This document shows positions 45,050 to 54,654 of a stretch of DNA of 64,000 nt, piece after piece. Below the pieces are notes generated by a model. That model was not told the DNA's origin. It saw nothing but the letters and a program-made list of their open reading frames with translations, and searched no databases. This stretch comes from Clostridiales bacterium GWD2_32_19 (GTDB lineage Bacteria; Bacillota; Clostridia; Lachnospirales; UBA12420). The translations under genes were made by a program, and so were the position numbers. The DNA lies in contig MGOU01000022.1 in assembly GCA_001795385.1 (NCBI GenBank), positions 33,566 to 97,565 of the forward strand. The letters run 5' to 3'. Each line of letters opens with the position of its first letter. Position 1 is the first letter of the stretch.

Positions 45050-45123
45050 AGATAATATTGATAAAATATATTAAATAAAAAGGGATAGTGTAGTATTTAG
45101 TACTATGAATATTTTACACTACC
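45050..45123 (+). promoter_or_regulatory. Conserved 74-nt leader element, copy 1
   Basis: 70 of 74 nt identical to 47997-48070. Internal dyad ggg(a)tagtgta..N..tacactaccc. Ends 23 nt before the start codon. Confidence 0.8.
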
Positions 45124-45146
45124 CTAATAGAAGTGGAGGGATATAA

Positions 45147-45998
45147 TTGGATAAGATAGCAGTAATAGCAGATATACATGGGAATCTGACAGCGCTAGAG
45201 GCTGTAATAGAGGATATAGAGTCAAGGGGAATAGATAGAATATTTTGCCTAGGAGATATGATAGGAATAGGACCTAGTGCGCATGAAGTTTTAAATATTA
45301 TTAAAGACAAATGTGAGGTTGTTATATTTGGAAATTTAGAAAAGTGGCTTGCAGAGGTAGATCTGGGTAAAGAAGACCGTGAACAAGAGAGACAAAGGAT
45401 AATATGGAATAGGTCATTGCTTTCAGAAGAAGAAAATAAGTACATCAAATCTTTGCCTATGATACACGATATGTACATAAGCGGTAGACTAGTTAGGTTT
45501 ATGCATTCATCTCCAGATAATGTTTTTAATAAAACTTATTATATTGATGATGAAACTGATAAGATAAGACTCTTCTTGCCAACTGACAATACATCAATTA
45601 ACAAAATCGCAGATGTTGTTGTATATGCAGATATACATGAGCAATTACTTCAAAATTTTTATCACAGAACACTTGTAAACATAGGAAGTGTTGGAAATGC
45701 AATAGAACTTGTGCTGGATGAAAAATATAATGGAGATAGTAAGGAAACAACAAATGCGATGTACTGTATAATAGAGGGAAGTATTGGAAAAAAAGAGAAT
45801 AAGACAAGTATAGGTTTCCAATTAGTTAGAGTACCATATAATATAGAAAAGGAATTGGAAATATCTTCAAAAAAGAATATGCTTGAATTTGAAGAATATA
45901 AAGAAGAAATAACAAAGGGATTGTATAGAAATCTTAATTATCTAAAAATAAAATATAAGCAGGTAAGGCAGATGCAAGGGAAACGGTATATGCAATAA
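45147..45998 (+). CDS. Metallophosphoesterase (calcineurin-like), TTG start
   Basis: IAVIADIHGN, FCLGDMIGIGP, later GN..and H motifs. Confidence 0.8.
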   Translation: MDKIAVIADIHGNLTALEAVIEDIESRGIDRIFCLGDMIGIGPSAHEVLNIIKDKCEVVIFGNLEKWLAEVDLGKEDREQERQRIIWNRSLLSEEENKYIKSLPMIHDMYISGRLVRFMHSSPDNVFNKTYYIDDETDKIRLFLPTDNTSINKIADVVVYADIHEQLLQNFYHRTLVNIGSVGNAIELVLDEKYNGDSKETTNAMYCIIEGSIGKKENKTSIGFQLVRVPYNIEKELEISSKKNMLEFEEYKEEITKGLYRNLNYLKIKYKQVRQMQGKRYMQ

Positions 45999-46015
45999 AA
46001 ATGAGGTGAATCACA

Positions 46016-47998
46016 ATGCTAGAATTTAAAGTAGTATCAGAATATAAGCCAACTGGTGATCAGCCTCAGGCAATAGAGAAGTTAGCTCAAGGGATAGTTG
46101 AAGGGAAAAAACATCAGGTTTTGCTTGGTGTTACTGGATCTGGGAAGACTTTTACTATGGCTAATGTTATAGAGAAGGTTCAGAGACCAACCCTTATAAT
46201 AGCACATAATAAGACGCTTGCGGCACAGTTGTATAGTGAGTTTAAGGAATTTTTCCCTGAGAATTCTGTTGAGTATTTCGTTAGTTATTATGATTATTAT
46301 CAGCCTGAAGCGTATATGCCACATACGGATACATTTATAGAAAAGGATGCACAGATAAATGATGAGATAGACAAACTTAGACACTCTGCAACAGCGGCAT
46401 TATTTGAGAAGAAGGATGTCATAATTGTAGCAAGTGTTTCATGTATATATGGGTTAGGAGATCCAGAGGATTATTCTAGCTTATCATTATCAATTAGAGT
46501 AGGTATGAAAAAAGATAGGGATGAGATACTGAGAAAACTTGTGGATATACAATATACGAGGAATGATATTAATTTTAAGCGTGGTACATTTAGGGTTAGG
46601 GGTGATGTTGTAGAGATTTTACCCGTATCAGCTGAAAAGAATGCAATAAGAGTTGAGTTTTTTGGAGATGAGATAGAAAAAATATCAGAGATAGAGGTCC
46701 TGACTGGTAAGTTTATTGGTTCAAGAGAGCATGCTCTTATATTTCCTTCTTCACATTATGTTGTAGGCGATGAAAAGATGGAAGCAGCTATAGGAAATAT
46801 AGAAATAGAACTGCAAGAAAGATTGAAAGAACTGAGAGAAAATAATAAATTATTAGAGGCTCAAAGAATCGAGCAAAGAGTGAATTTTGATATAGAAATG
46901 ATGAGGGAACTAGGATACTGTTCAGGTATAGAAAACTACTCAAGACATATGTCGGGACGTGAAGCAGGAAGCACGCCGTATACCCTACTAGATTATTTTC
47001 CAGATGATTATTTGATAATGGTAGATGAGTCGCATATGACTATCCCTCAAGTAAGAGGTATGTATGCAGGCGATAGGGCAAGAAAAGAAAATTTGGTAGG
47101 CTATGGTTTTAGACTTCCTTCAGCTATGGATAATAGACCGCTTAATTTTACAGAATTTGAAAAGAAAATAAATCAGATAATATATGTATCAGCCACACCC
47201 TCAGCGTATGAACACGAAAAGTCAGAGCAAACGGTTGAACAGCTAGTAAGGCCTACAGGGCTTATTGATCCGGTAGTAGAAATAAGACCTATCACTGGAC
47301 AGATAGATGACTTAATAGGCGAGATAAGAAAACGTGTAGAAAAAGGTGAAAAAATCTTTGTAACTACACTTACAAAGAAAATGTCAGAAGATCTTACAGA
47401 TTATATGAAACAAGTAGATATTAGAGTTCAGTACTTGCACTCTGAAATTAAGACTTTAGAGCGTGTTAAAATCATTAGGGATTTACGTACTGATGTGTTT
47501 GATGTTCTTGTTGGGATAAACCTCCTACGTGAAGGTCTTGATGTTCCAGAGGTATCACTAGTTGCGATACTTGATGCAGACAAAGAAGGTTTTCTACGTT
47601 CAGACACTGCATTGATACAAAATATAGGACGAGCCGCGAGAAACATAAATGGTAAGGTTATCATGTATGCTGATAGAATAACGAACTCCATGCAGAGCGC
47701 TATAGAAGAAACGGATAGAAGACGCGAGGTACAAAAAGAGTATAATATTACAAATAATATAACACCTACCACTATCGTAAAAAGGGTAAGAGATATCATT
47801 CAAGCAGCTAAGGTAGCTGAGGATGAGTCTGTTGAAAGTTTAATGAGTGAAGTGAGTAGGATGGATGATGACGAAATAAGGTTGCTTATAGATAGACTTG
47901 AAGAAGACATGAAAGTGGCAGCGGAAATGCTAGAGTTTGAGAAGGCTGCAAAGCTGAGGGATGAGGTTGTAAAACTGAAGAAGCGAGTGAAAATGTAG
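46016..47998 (+). CDS. uvrB: Excinuclease ABC subunit B
   Basis: GVTGSGKTF Walker A, beta-hairpin region [14 protein letters not shown] box, C-terminal UVR domain ([11 protein letters not shown]). Confidence 0.97.
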   Translation: MLEFKVVSEYKPTGDQPQAIEKLAQGIVEGKKHQVLLGVTGSGKTFTMANVIEKVQRPTLIIAHNKTLAAQLYSEFKEFFPENSVEYFVSYYDYYQPEAYMPHTDTFIEKDAQINDEIDKLRHSATAALFEKKDVIIVASVSCIYGLGDPEDYSSLSLSIRVGMKKDRDEILRKLVDIQYTRNDINFKRGTFRVRGDVVEILPVSAEKNAIRVEFFGDEIEKISEIEVLTGKFIGSREHALIFPSSHYVVGDEKMEAAIGNIEIELQERLKELRENNKLLEAQRIEQRVNFDIEMMRELGYCSGIENYSRHMSGREAGSTPYTLLDYFPDDYLIMVDESHMTIPQVRGMYAGDRARKENLVGYGFRLPSAMDNRPLNFTEFEKKINQIIYVSATPSAYEHEKSEQTVEQLVRPTGLIDPVVEIRPITGQIDDLIGEIRKRVEKGEKIFVTTLTKKMSEDLTDYMKQVDIRVQYLHSEIKTLERVKIIRDLRTDVFDVLVGINLLREGLDVPEVSLVAILDADKEGFLRSDTALIQNIGRAARNINGKVIMYADRITNSMQSAIEETDRRREVQKEYNITNNITPTTIVKRVRDIIQAAKVAEDESVESLMSEVSRMDDDEIRLLIDRLEEDMKVAAEMLEFEKAAKLRDEVVKLKKRVKM

Positions 47999-48070
47999 AT
48001 AATACTGATAAAATATATTGAATATAAAGGGATAGTGTAGTATTTAGTACTATAAATATTTTACACTACC
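47997..48070 (+). promoter_or_regulatory. Conserved 74-nt leader element, copy 2
   Basis: Overlaps the uvrB stop codon. Ends 23 nt before the ATG at 48094. Confidence 0.8.
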
Positions 48071-48093
48071 AATATGAGATAGGGAGGCAATTT

Positions 48094-48705
48094 ATGTACA
48101 CGAAAGATACACATTCATATGACAGAATCATAGGCAAATCAGAAAATAGTGTTATAAGTTTTTACTTTCAATTAAATCAATTGAAAAATCTATATAGACA
48201 AGGATGGATAAAGCTTAAAGGTGAGGAGTTTAGAATAAAATGTGAATCTGTTGCAGATCATTCATTTAGTTTAGCTATGTTATGTGATACTATAATAAAA
48301 AAGTATGATTTGGATATTGATGCCATGCATTGCTTGAAAATGTGTATGGTGCATGAGCTTGGTGAAATATATGCTGGAGACTTTACTCCTATGGATGGTG
48401 TTAGTGATGAAGATAAACATAGAATGGAGCATGAAGGAGTAAAGAAAGTATTAGAATACTGTGAATGGGAAGATGAGTATTATAGACTGTGGGAAGAGTA
48501 TGAAATGAATCAAACGAATGAAGCCATATTTGTAAAAGAAGTAGACAACCTGGAATTCATAATGCAAGCAGTAAGTTATGGTTATAATATAAGTGTGTTT
48601 ACACGGAGTTTGGGGAATATAAAAAACTCTATATTGCTAGATATATTCGAGGAGTTAAAAAAATTGACTATAAACGGAGATACAGATAATAGTATGAAGT
48701 GCTAG
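48094..48705 (+). CDS. HD-domain phosphohydrolase (YfbR-like 5'-nucleotidase family)
   Basis: ESVADHSFSLAML and VHELGEIYAGDFTP metal-binding motifs. Confidence 0.75.
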   Translation: MYTKDTHSYDRIIGKSENSVISFYFQLNQLKNLYRQGWIKLKGEEFRIKCESVADHSFSLAMLCDTIIKKYDLDIDAMHCLKMCMVHELGEIYAGDFTPMDGVSDEDKHRMEHEGVKKVLEYCEWEDEYYRLWEEYEMNQTNEAIFVKEVDNLEFIMQAVSYGYNISVFTRSLGNIKNSILLDIFEELKKLTINGDTDNSMKC

Positions 48706-48742
48706 TAAAGAATCAATACTTAAGGATTCATATTTCTATATA

Positions 48743-48771
48743 TTGACAATTGGATGTATGTAGTGTATAAT
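48743..48771 (+). promoter_or_regulatory. Perfect consensus sigma-A promoter
   Basis: TTGACA (48743-48748), exactly 17 nt, TATAAT (48766-48771). Confidence 0.75.
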
Positions 48772-48800
48772 CTAGTTACAAGCAAGTGTGTTAGAATAAA

Positions 48801-48833
48801 AGGGGACGGTGGTTACCGTTCCTTTTACTATTT
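48801..48833 (+). terminator. Terminator/attenuator hairpin about 30 nt downstream of the promoter
   Basis: gggacggt-ggtt-accgttcc 8-bp stem followed by ttttactattt. Confidence 0.6.
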
Positions 48834-48871
48834 ACTTCGAACGCAATTCTTTCAAAATGTGAGGGATGGAT

Positions 48872-49117
48872 ATGAACTATGTCTACATAATTGAGTGCAT
48901 TGATGGTACTCTCTATACTGGATGGACGAATGATATAGAAAAGCGAATATTAGATCATAATAGCGGAATGGGTGCTAAGTATACTAGAGGAAGGCTACCG
49001 GTAAAGTTAATGTATCATGAGGAATATGAAACAAAGCAAGAAGCTATGAAACGTGAATGTGTTATAAAGAGGTTGACTAAAAAGCAAAAATATGGTTTAA
49101 TAGAGGGAATAAAATGA
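48872..49117 (+). CDS. GIY-YIG nuclease family protein (UPF0213-like)
   Basis: YVYIIECIDGTLYTGWTNDIEKRILDHNSG.GAKYTRGRLPVKL...EAMKRECVIKRL. Confidence 0.9.
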   Translation: MNYVYIIECIDGTLYTGWTNDIEKRILDHNSGMGAKYTRGRLPVKLMYHEEYETKQEAMKRECVIKRLTKKQKYGLIEGIK

Positions 49118-49165
49118 TGACAGATAAGTAAAAAATTATAAAAATGAAATAATGGAGGCATAATT

Positions 49166-50782
49166 ATGATAACAGTTACAAAGCTTGGGCTTAGATTTGG
49201 AGAGAAGAAATTATTTGAAGATGTAAACTTGAAGTTTGCAGATGGAAATTGCTATGGAATTATAGGTGCGAATGGTGCTGGAAAAACAACATTTATGAAG
49301 ATATTATCTGGAGAAATAGAACCTAATGAGGGTACTGTTTCTATAAAAAAGGATAAACGTATGGCGGTGCTAAAGCAAGATCACTTTGTATATGATGAGT
49401 TTTCAGTTATAGATACTGTAATTATGGGGCATAAAAAGTTATATGATATAATGAAAGAAAAAGATGAGGTTTATTCGAAAGCTGAATTTACAGATGCAGA
49501 TGGTATACGTGCAGCAGAACTAGAAGGGGAATTCGCAGAACTTGATGGTTGGAATGCAGAAACCAATGCTGAAAAGCTTTTAAATGGTTTGGAACTAGGA
49601 GAAGATGTATTTACAAAGAAAATGAAAGAATTAAAGGGTGGAGAGAAAGTTAAGGTTTTACTAGCACAGGCACTTTTTGGTAGTCCAGATGTACTATTGC
49701 TTGATGAGCCTACAAATCACTTGGACTTTAGAGCTGTAAACTGGTTGGAAAACTTTTTGTTAGATTATCCTAACACGGTCATTGTAATATCACATGATAG
49801 GCATTTCTTAAACAAAATATGTACTCATATGGTAGATATAGATTTCCAAAAAGCAACTTTATATGTTGGTAACTATGACTTTTGGTATGAATCAAGTCAG
49901 TTTGCACTTAAAATGCTAAAGGATGTAAATAAAAAGAAAGAAGAGAAAATACTAGAACTTCAAAAATTTATTGAGAGATTTAGTGCTAATGCTTCAAAGT
50001 CTAAGCAGGCCACTTCAAGAAAGAAATTACTGGATAAAATTACACTTGATGACATAAAACCTTCGTCTAGAAAATATCCATTTGTGGGATTTGAACCTGA
50101 AAGAGAAGCAGGTAAAGATATACTCGTAGTTGAGGGAATTAGTAAGACAATAGATGGAGAAAAAGTACTCGATAATATTTCTTTCACATTGAATAAAGGT
50201 GATAAAATAGTTGTTTTAGGAAAAAATGAAATGGCACAAACTACATTATTTAAGATACTTATGGGTGAAATGGAACAAGACTCGGGTACATATAAATGGG
50301 GAGTTACTACATCAAAAGATTATTTTCCAAAAGACAATGCAAAATATTTCGATGGTGTAAACTTGAGCATGGTTGACTGGTTAAGAGATTTTTCCAACGA
50401 TAAAACTGATATGTTCATAAGAAGCTTTCTAGGAAAAATGTTATTTTCAGGGGATGAGGCATTAAAAAAAGTGAGTGTACTCTCGGGTGGAGAAAAGGTT
50501 AGATGTATGTTCTCAAAACTTATGTTATCTAAGGCAAATGTACTTTTATTTGATGAACCTACCAATCATCTAGATTTGGAGTCAATACAAGCGGTAAATG
50601 ATGGGTTAGTGGCATTTAAAGGTACTATGATGTTTACTTCACATGACCATCAGTTTATAACAACAATAGCAAATAGGGTGATAGAAATTACACCAAAAGG
50701 TGTATTTGATAAACAGGTGCCATTTGATGAATTTATGGAAAATGAAGATTATCAAAATAAAATAAAAGGAATGTACGCATGA
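49166..50782 (+). CDS. ABC-F family ATPase (no membrane domain)
   Basis: Two NBDs joined by a charged linker. Walker A1 GANGAGKTT. Signatures LKGGEKVK and LSGGEKVR. Walker B LLLDEPTNHLD and LLFDEPTNHLD. Walker A2 is atypical (GKNEMAQTT). Confidence 0.9.
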   Translation: MITVTKLGLRFGEKKLFEDVNLKFADGNCYGIIGANGAGKTTFMKILSGEIEPNEGTVSIKKDKRMAVLKQDHFVYDEFSVIDTVIMGHKKLYDIMKEKDEVYSKAEFTDADGIRAAELEGEFAELDGWNAETNAEKLLNGLELGEDVFTKKMKELKGGEKVKVLLAQALFGSPDVLLLDEPTNHLDFRAVNWLENFLLDYPNTVIVISHDRHFLNKICTHMVDIDFQKATLYVGNYDFWYESSQFALKMLKDVNKKKEEKILELQKFIERFSANASKSKQATSRKKLLDKITLDDIKPSSRKYPFVGFEPEREAGKDILVVEGISKTIDGEKVLDNISFTLNKGDKIVVLGKNEMAQTTLFKILMGEMEQDSGTYKWGVTTSKDYFPKDNAKYFDGVNLSMVDWLRDFSNDKTDMFIRSFLGKMLFSGDEALKKVSVLSGGEKVRCMFSKLMLSKANVLLFDEPTNHLDLESIQAVNDGLVAFKGTMMFTSHDHQFITTIANRVIEITPKGVFDKQVPFDEFMENEDYQNKIKGMYA

Positions 50783-50946
50783 TATATGAGATTGAGTGTA
50801 TTAAAAGCATTATTTTTGTTTAATATATTTTAGAAATTTAGAAAAAAAATTTAAAATTTTGTATAAAATCATTCCCTTTTGTAAATGTTAATGATAGCGG
50901 TAGCAAATTGCTATGCTACATAAATTTTATGATAGGAGTGATTTTT

Positions 50947-51330
50947 ATGGCAGAACAACAACAACAAAAAACTAAGTTTAACAACAGAAGTAGCAATGCA
51001 GACTTAGGAAGTATATTTTTGCGAGTTATAATAACAGCTATAGTATTGATGGCAACAGCGTTTTTAACGCCAGGGTTTACTATAGAAGGGGTATGGGCTT
51101 TGCTAGTTGCTGCTGTAGCAATAATAGCTATTGACTATTTAGTTGAACAGTTTACGGGAATTGATGCTTCCCCTATGGGAAAGGGCATTATTGGATTTGT
51201 TATAGCAGCTGCAATACTATACTTTGTTCAATTTATAGTACCAGGCTATAATGTATCAGCAATAGGCGCAATAGTAGGAGCATTGATAATTGGTATTATA
51301 AACGCTATAATACCGGGAAGAGTTATGTAA
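50947..51330 (+). CDS. Small 4-TM membrane protein, DUF360/YvlD (holin superfamily IV)-like
   Basis: IFLRVIITAIVLMATAFLTPGFTIEG... pattern. Start after aggagtg. Confidence 0.55.
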   Translation: MAEQQQQKTKFNNRSSNADLGSIFLRVIITAIVLMATAFLTPGFTIEGVWALLVAAVAIIAIDYLVEQFTGIDASPMGKGIIGFVIAAAILYFVQFIVPGYNVSAIGAIVGALIIGIINAIIPGRVM

Positions 51331-51367
51331 CAAATACAAAAATACAAAAGTACAATACAAGATTGAA

Positions 51368-51397
51368 GGAACTCTATGTTAAGAGTTTCTTTTTTTA
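51368..51397 (+). terminator. Rho-independent terminator
   Basis: ggaactct / agagtttc stem followed by an 8-T run. Confidence 0.75.
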
Positions 51398-51550
51398 TGT
51401 AAGTCATCCACTATTTAGGAGGTAAAGGAATGAACTGATATTTTATGTTACAATCATGTTTCAAAATATAATATTTTGTTTGAAAAAAGCACATATTATG
51501 ATATAATTAATCCAGGTCTGAAAAATAATTATAGGCGGGGGTTGATAATT

Positions 51551-53701
51551 GTGAAAAATGTAATTAGGGGAGTATATGTTGCATTAATCTTACTAATTAT
51601 TATGTATTCAAATAGCGTATATACATATGCAATGAGTTTGGAATATGATGGTGAGAAGCATGAGTATACAGCAAAGCCTATTAAGCTTATGGTAAATGGT
51701 AAACAAGTGGATACAGAGATGCCACCTATTATATTAAATGATAGAACTCTAGTACCAGCTAGAGATGTTTTTGAAAAGCTTGGAGCAAAAGTGAAGTGGG
51801 ATGAAAAGTATAAGCAAGTATACATAATATATGGAAGTAAAACAATAATACTAACGATTAATAATAAAACAGCATATATAAATCAAATAACCAGTGAACT
51901 AGATGTTCCTGCAAAGCTTATTAATGGTAAAACTATGATACCTGTTGCATTTGTTGCAAAAGGATTAGGGTTTAAGGTGAATTGGGTTGAGAAGACAAGA
52001 ATTGTAGAGGTAAATGAAACAGCAACAAGTGGAAGTATAAAAACAGATACTACTAGTGAAGAAATATTAAAAGCACACGATATAGCAAAAACAACTCTAG
52101 AATGGAAAAATGATAAAGATATTGAGACATATAAGAATTTTAGTATAAGCAAAAGGGACTACAGTGATGTAAATATAGACGATGTAAGTCTTATAAAAGT
52201 AGATAATGAAAATATTGACTTAGTTATAACAGCTAGTGACAGAGTAAGTAATATAACACATAGCCGTATTGACAATAAGTTAATCATAGATATTGATAAT
52301 TCTATCATGGAATTTAATGCTAACAAATATACTATTATAGATAACCTCTTTATAAAAGGTATAACAACTACTCAAGTTAGTAAAGAACCTAATAAATCTA
52401 AAATTGTATTTGAGCTAAAAGATAATTATAATTATGAGGTGTCTTTGAGTGGAAATCGAAAGAATATTGTCGTTAGATTTTTAAAAAATCAGATATACGC
52501 TATGCAGTTATCAGAAAAAAGTGAAACAGCAACTTTATATATTAAAGGTTCACTCAAAACAAATGTAACAGCTTTTAGACTTACAGATCCAGACAGAATA
52601 GTGTTTGATGTTCCTTATAGTTATTCAAAACTTGATAGTAAACAGGCAAGTGTAACAAGTAAATATATAAAGTCTATTAGGACCAGTCAATTTGAAGAAA
52701 GTACTACTAGATTTGTTATAGATACCATAGGACAACCGAAGTATGATATTGAGTTTAGGGACAATATTGTTAAAATAAAAATAACGGAAGCAGAGTACAA
52801 AAATATAACATATGATAATGAAGATGAAAAAAATACGAAAATTATTTTAATTAAACCAAAGGATAAGATAATTGATATATCACAAATAAAAGTAGTTGAT
52901 AATTATTTGCAGAAAAACTTACAAATAACATTTCCAGGAGATTTTACGAGTGAGTTTGGAAATGGTGAAATAAATATAAATGATGAAAGAATAAGTAAAG
53001 TAAATGTTTCAAAAAGAGGGAGCAACACAGCTATTGATATATACTCGAATACAATATTTGCATGTAATATTAATGAAGATGAAAAATATATTTATGTAGA
53101 ACTATTGAAACCTAAACAAAAATATAGTAAAATAGTACTTATAGATGCAGGTCATGGTGGAAGTGACCCAGGGGCAACGGTATCTGGGATATTTGAGAAA
53201 AATATAAATCTAGTAATTACAACAAAAATAGAAGAATTAATTGAAGCCGATGGAAATATAAAAGTTTATGTTACTCGAGATAAAGATAATTATCCTACTC
53301 TACAAGATAGAGCTAAAATAGCTGAAGATGTGCAAGCAGATGTTTTTGTAAGTGTACATAATAATGCTACTCTAAGTGAAAAAGCTATTGGAACTGAGAC
53401 ACTCTATTTTCCATTAAGTACTAAAAATGCTTCGGGACTAGATGCAAAGATACTTGCTGAAATAGTACAAAGCACAGTTGCAAATGAACTTGGTTCTAAA
53501 GATAGAGGTGTTATAGCAAGAAGTGATTTATATGTATTAAAGAACACAACAATGCCAGCAATTATTGTGGAAATCGGATATATGACAAATCCAACTGAAT
53601 TAGCGAATTTAAAGAATATCTCATATACAGATAATGCAGCAAATGGTATTTTTAAAGCAATTAAAAAAATATTCAAACAATATGAACCAAAACGAAACTA
53701 A
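51551..53701 (+). CDS. N-acetylmuramoyl-L-alanine amidase (Amidase_3) with copper-amine-oxidase-like and AMIN-like domains, GTG start
   Basis: C-terminal IDAGHGGSDPGA, VSVHNNA, E..YMTN motifs. N-terminal RTLVPARDVFEKLGAKVKWD stalk-type repeats. Confidence 0.85.
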   Translation: MKNVIRGVYVALILLIIMYSNSVYTYAMSLEYDGEKHEYTAKPIKLMVNGKQVDTEMPPIILNDRTLVPARDVFEKLGAKVKWDEKYKQVYIIYGSKTIILTINNKTAYINQITSELDVPAKLINGKTMIPVAFVAKGLGFKVNWVEKTRIVEVNETATSGSIKTDTTSEEILKAHDIAKTTLEWKNDKDIETYKNFSISKRDYSDVNIDDVSLIKVDNENIDLVITASDRVSNITHSRIDNKLIIDIDNSIMEFNANKYTIIDNLFIKGITTTQVSKEPNKSKIVFELKDNYNYEVSLSGNRKNIVVRFLKNQIYAMQLSEKSETATLYIKGSLKTNVTAFRLTDPDRIVFDVPYSYSKLDSKQASVTSKYIKSIRTSQFEESTTRFVIDTIGQPKYDIEFRDNIVKIKITEAEYKNITYDNEDEKNTKIILIKPKDKIIDISQIKVVDNYLQKNLQITFPGDFTSEFGNGEININDERISKVNVSKRGSNTAIDIYSNTIFACNINEDEKYIYVELLKPKQKYSKIVLIDAGHGGSDPGATVSGIFEKNINLVITTKIEELIEADGNIKVYVTRDKDNYPTLQDRAKIAEDVQADVFVSVHNNATLSEKAIGTETLYFPLSTKNASGLDAKILAEIVQSTVANELGSKDRGVIARSDLYVLKNTTMPAIIVEIGYMTNPTELANLKNISYTDNAANGIFKAIKKIFKQYEPKRN

Positions 53702-53745
53702 ACTATTATTTTAACTTTGTACTTTGATTTAAGGAGGGTACTTTA

Positions 53746-54654
53746 ATGGAAACTATTCAAGATTTTTTAATACAGTTTAAGGGATTAGCTATGGAAATGC
53801 CAAGGATAACCTTCCGTGATGTAATCGACATAGTAGTAGTGGCATTTTTGATATACAAACTTATGATTTGGATAAAAACTACTAGAGCATGGACCTTATT
53901 TAAGGGAATATTACTGATATTTATACTTGCTGCGATTGCTTACTTTTTACAACTCAATACAGTGATGTGGATATTTATGAATACTATATCAGTTGGAATA
54001 ATAGCAATTGTAATTGTTTTTCAGCCTGAACTACGAAGGGCACTAGAAAAATTAGGAACGAGCTATTCAGTTACAAATATGTTTTCAGCAGATGACACTG
54101 ATAAAAAGTACACAGCACTTTCACTTGAAGTTGTAGATGAAATAGTTGATGCTGCAAAACAGATGTCACAAAAGAAGACAGGTGCATTAATTGTTTTAGA
54201 AGAAAAAGTGAAGCTAGAGGAATATGAAGAAACAGGAATATCTGTAGATTCAAAAGTAAAAAGTGAAATGCTTATGAATATTTTTGAAAAAAATACACCT
54301 TTACATGACGGAGCAGTAATAATTAAGAATAATAGAATATCGTCTGCTACATGTTATTTGCCTCTTTCTTCTGATTGTAACATAAGTAAAAAATTAGGTA
54401 CGAGACACAGAGCAGCACTTGGTATAACTGAAGTATCCGATTGCGTTGTAGTTATAATATCTGAAGAAACAGGAGCTATATCTCTAGTAAAAAATGGCGA
54501 GATGATTTATGATATACAAAGGGAAAGTTTAAGAAATCAATTAATAACTGAATTGAAAAATGTTCCATTTAACCCATTTAAGAATTTTGGAATGTGGAAG
54601 GGGAAGCAAGAACACAAACAAAGTTGTGATATGGAAGGGGACGATAAATCATGA
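53746..54654 (+). CDS. cdaA: Diadenylate cyclase CdaA (DacA)
   Basis: Three N-terminal TMs, DAC domain GALIVLE, TPLHDGAVII, GTRHRAALGITE, SEETGAIS. Confidence 0.93.
   Translation: METIQDFLIQFKGLAMEMPRITFRDVIDIVVVAFLIYKLMIWIKTTRAWTLFKGILLIFILAAIAYFLQLNTVMWIFMNTISVGIIAIVIVFQPELRRALEKLGTSYSVTNMFSADDTDKKYTALSLEVVDEIVDAAKQMSQKKTGALIVLEEKVKLEEYEETGISVDSKVKSEMLMNIFEKNTPLHDGAVIIKNNRISSATCYLPLSSDCNISKKLGTRHRAALGITEVSDCVVVIISEETGAISLVKNGEMIYDIQRESLRNQLITELKNVPFNPFKNFGMWKGKQEHKQSCDMEGDDKS

Noticed and set aside
48838-48851. cgaacgcaattct as a possible LexA box in front of the GIY-YIG gene.
   Set aside because: Only the GAAC half matches. The second half is TTCT rather than GTTC, so this single half-site is not sufficient.
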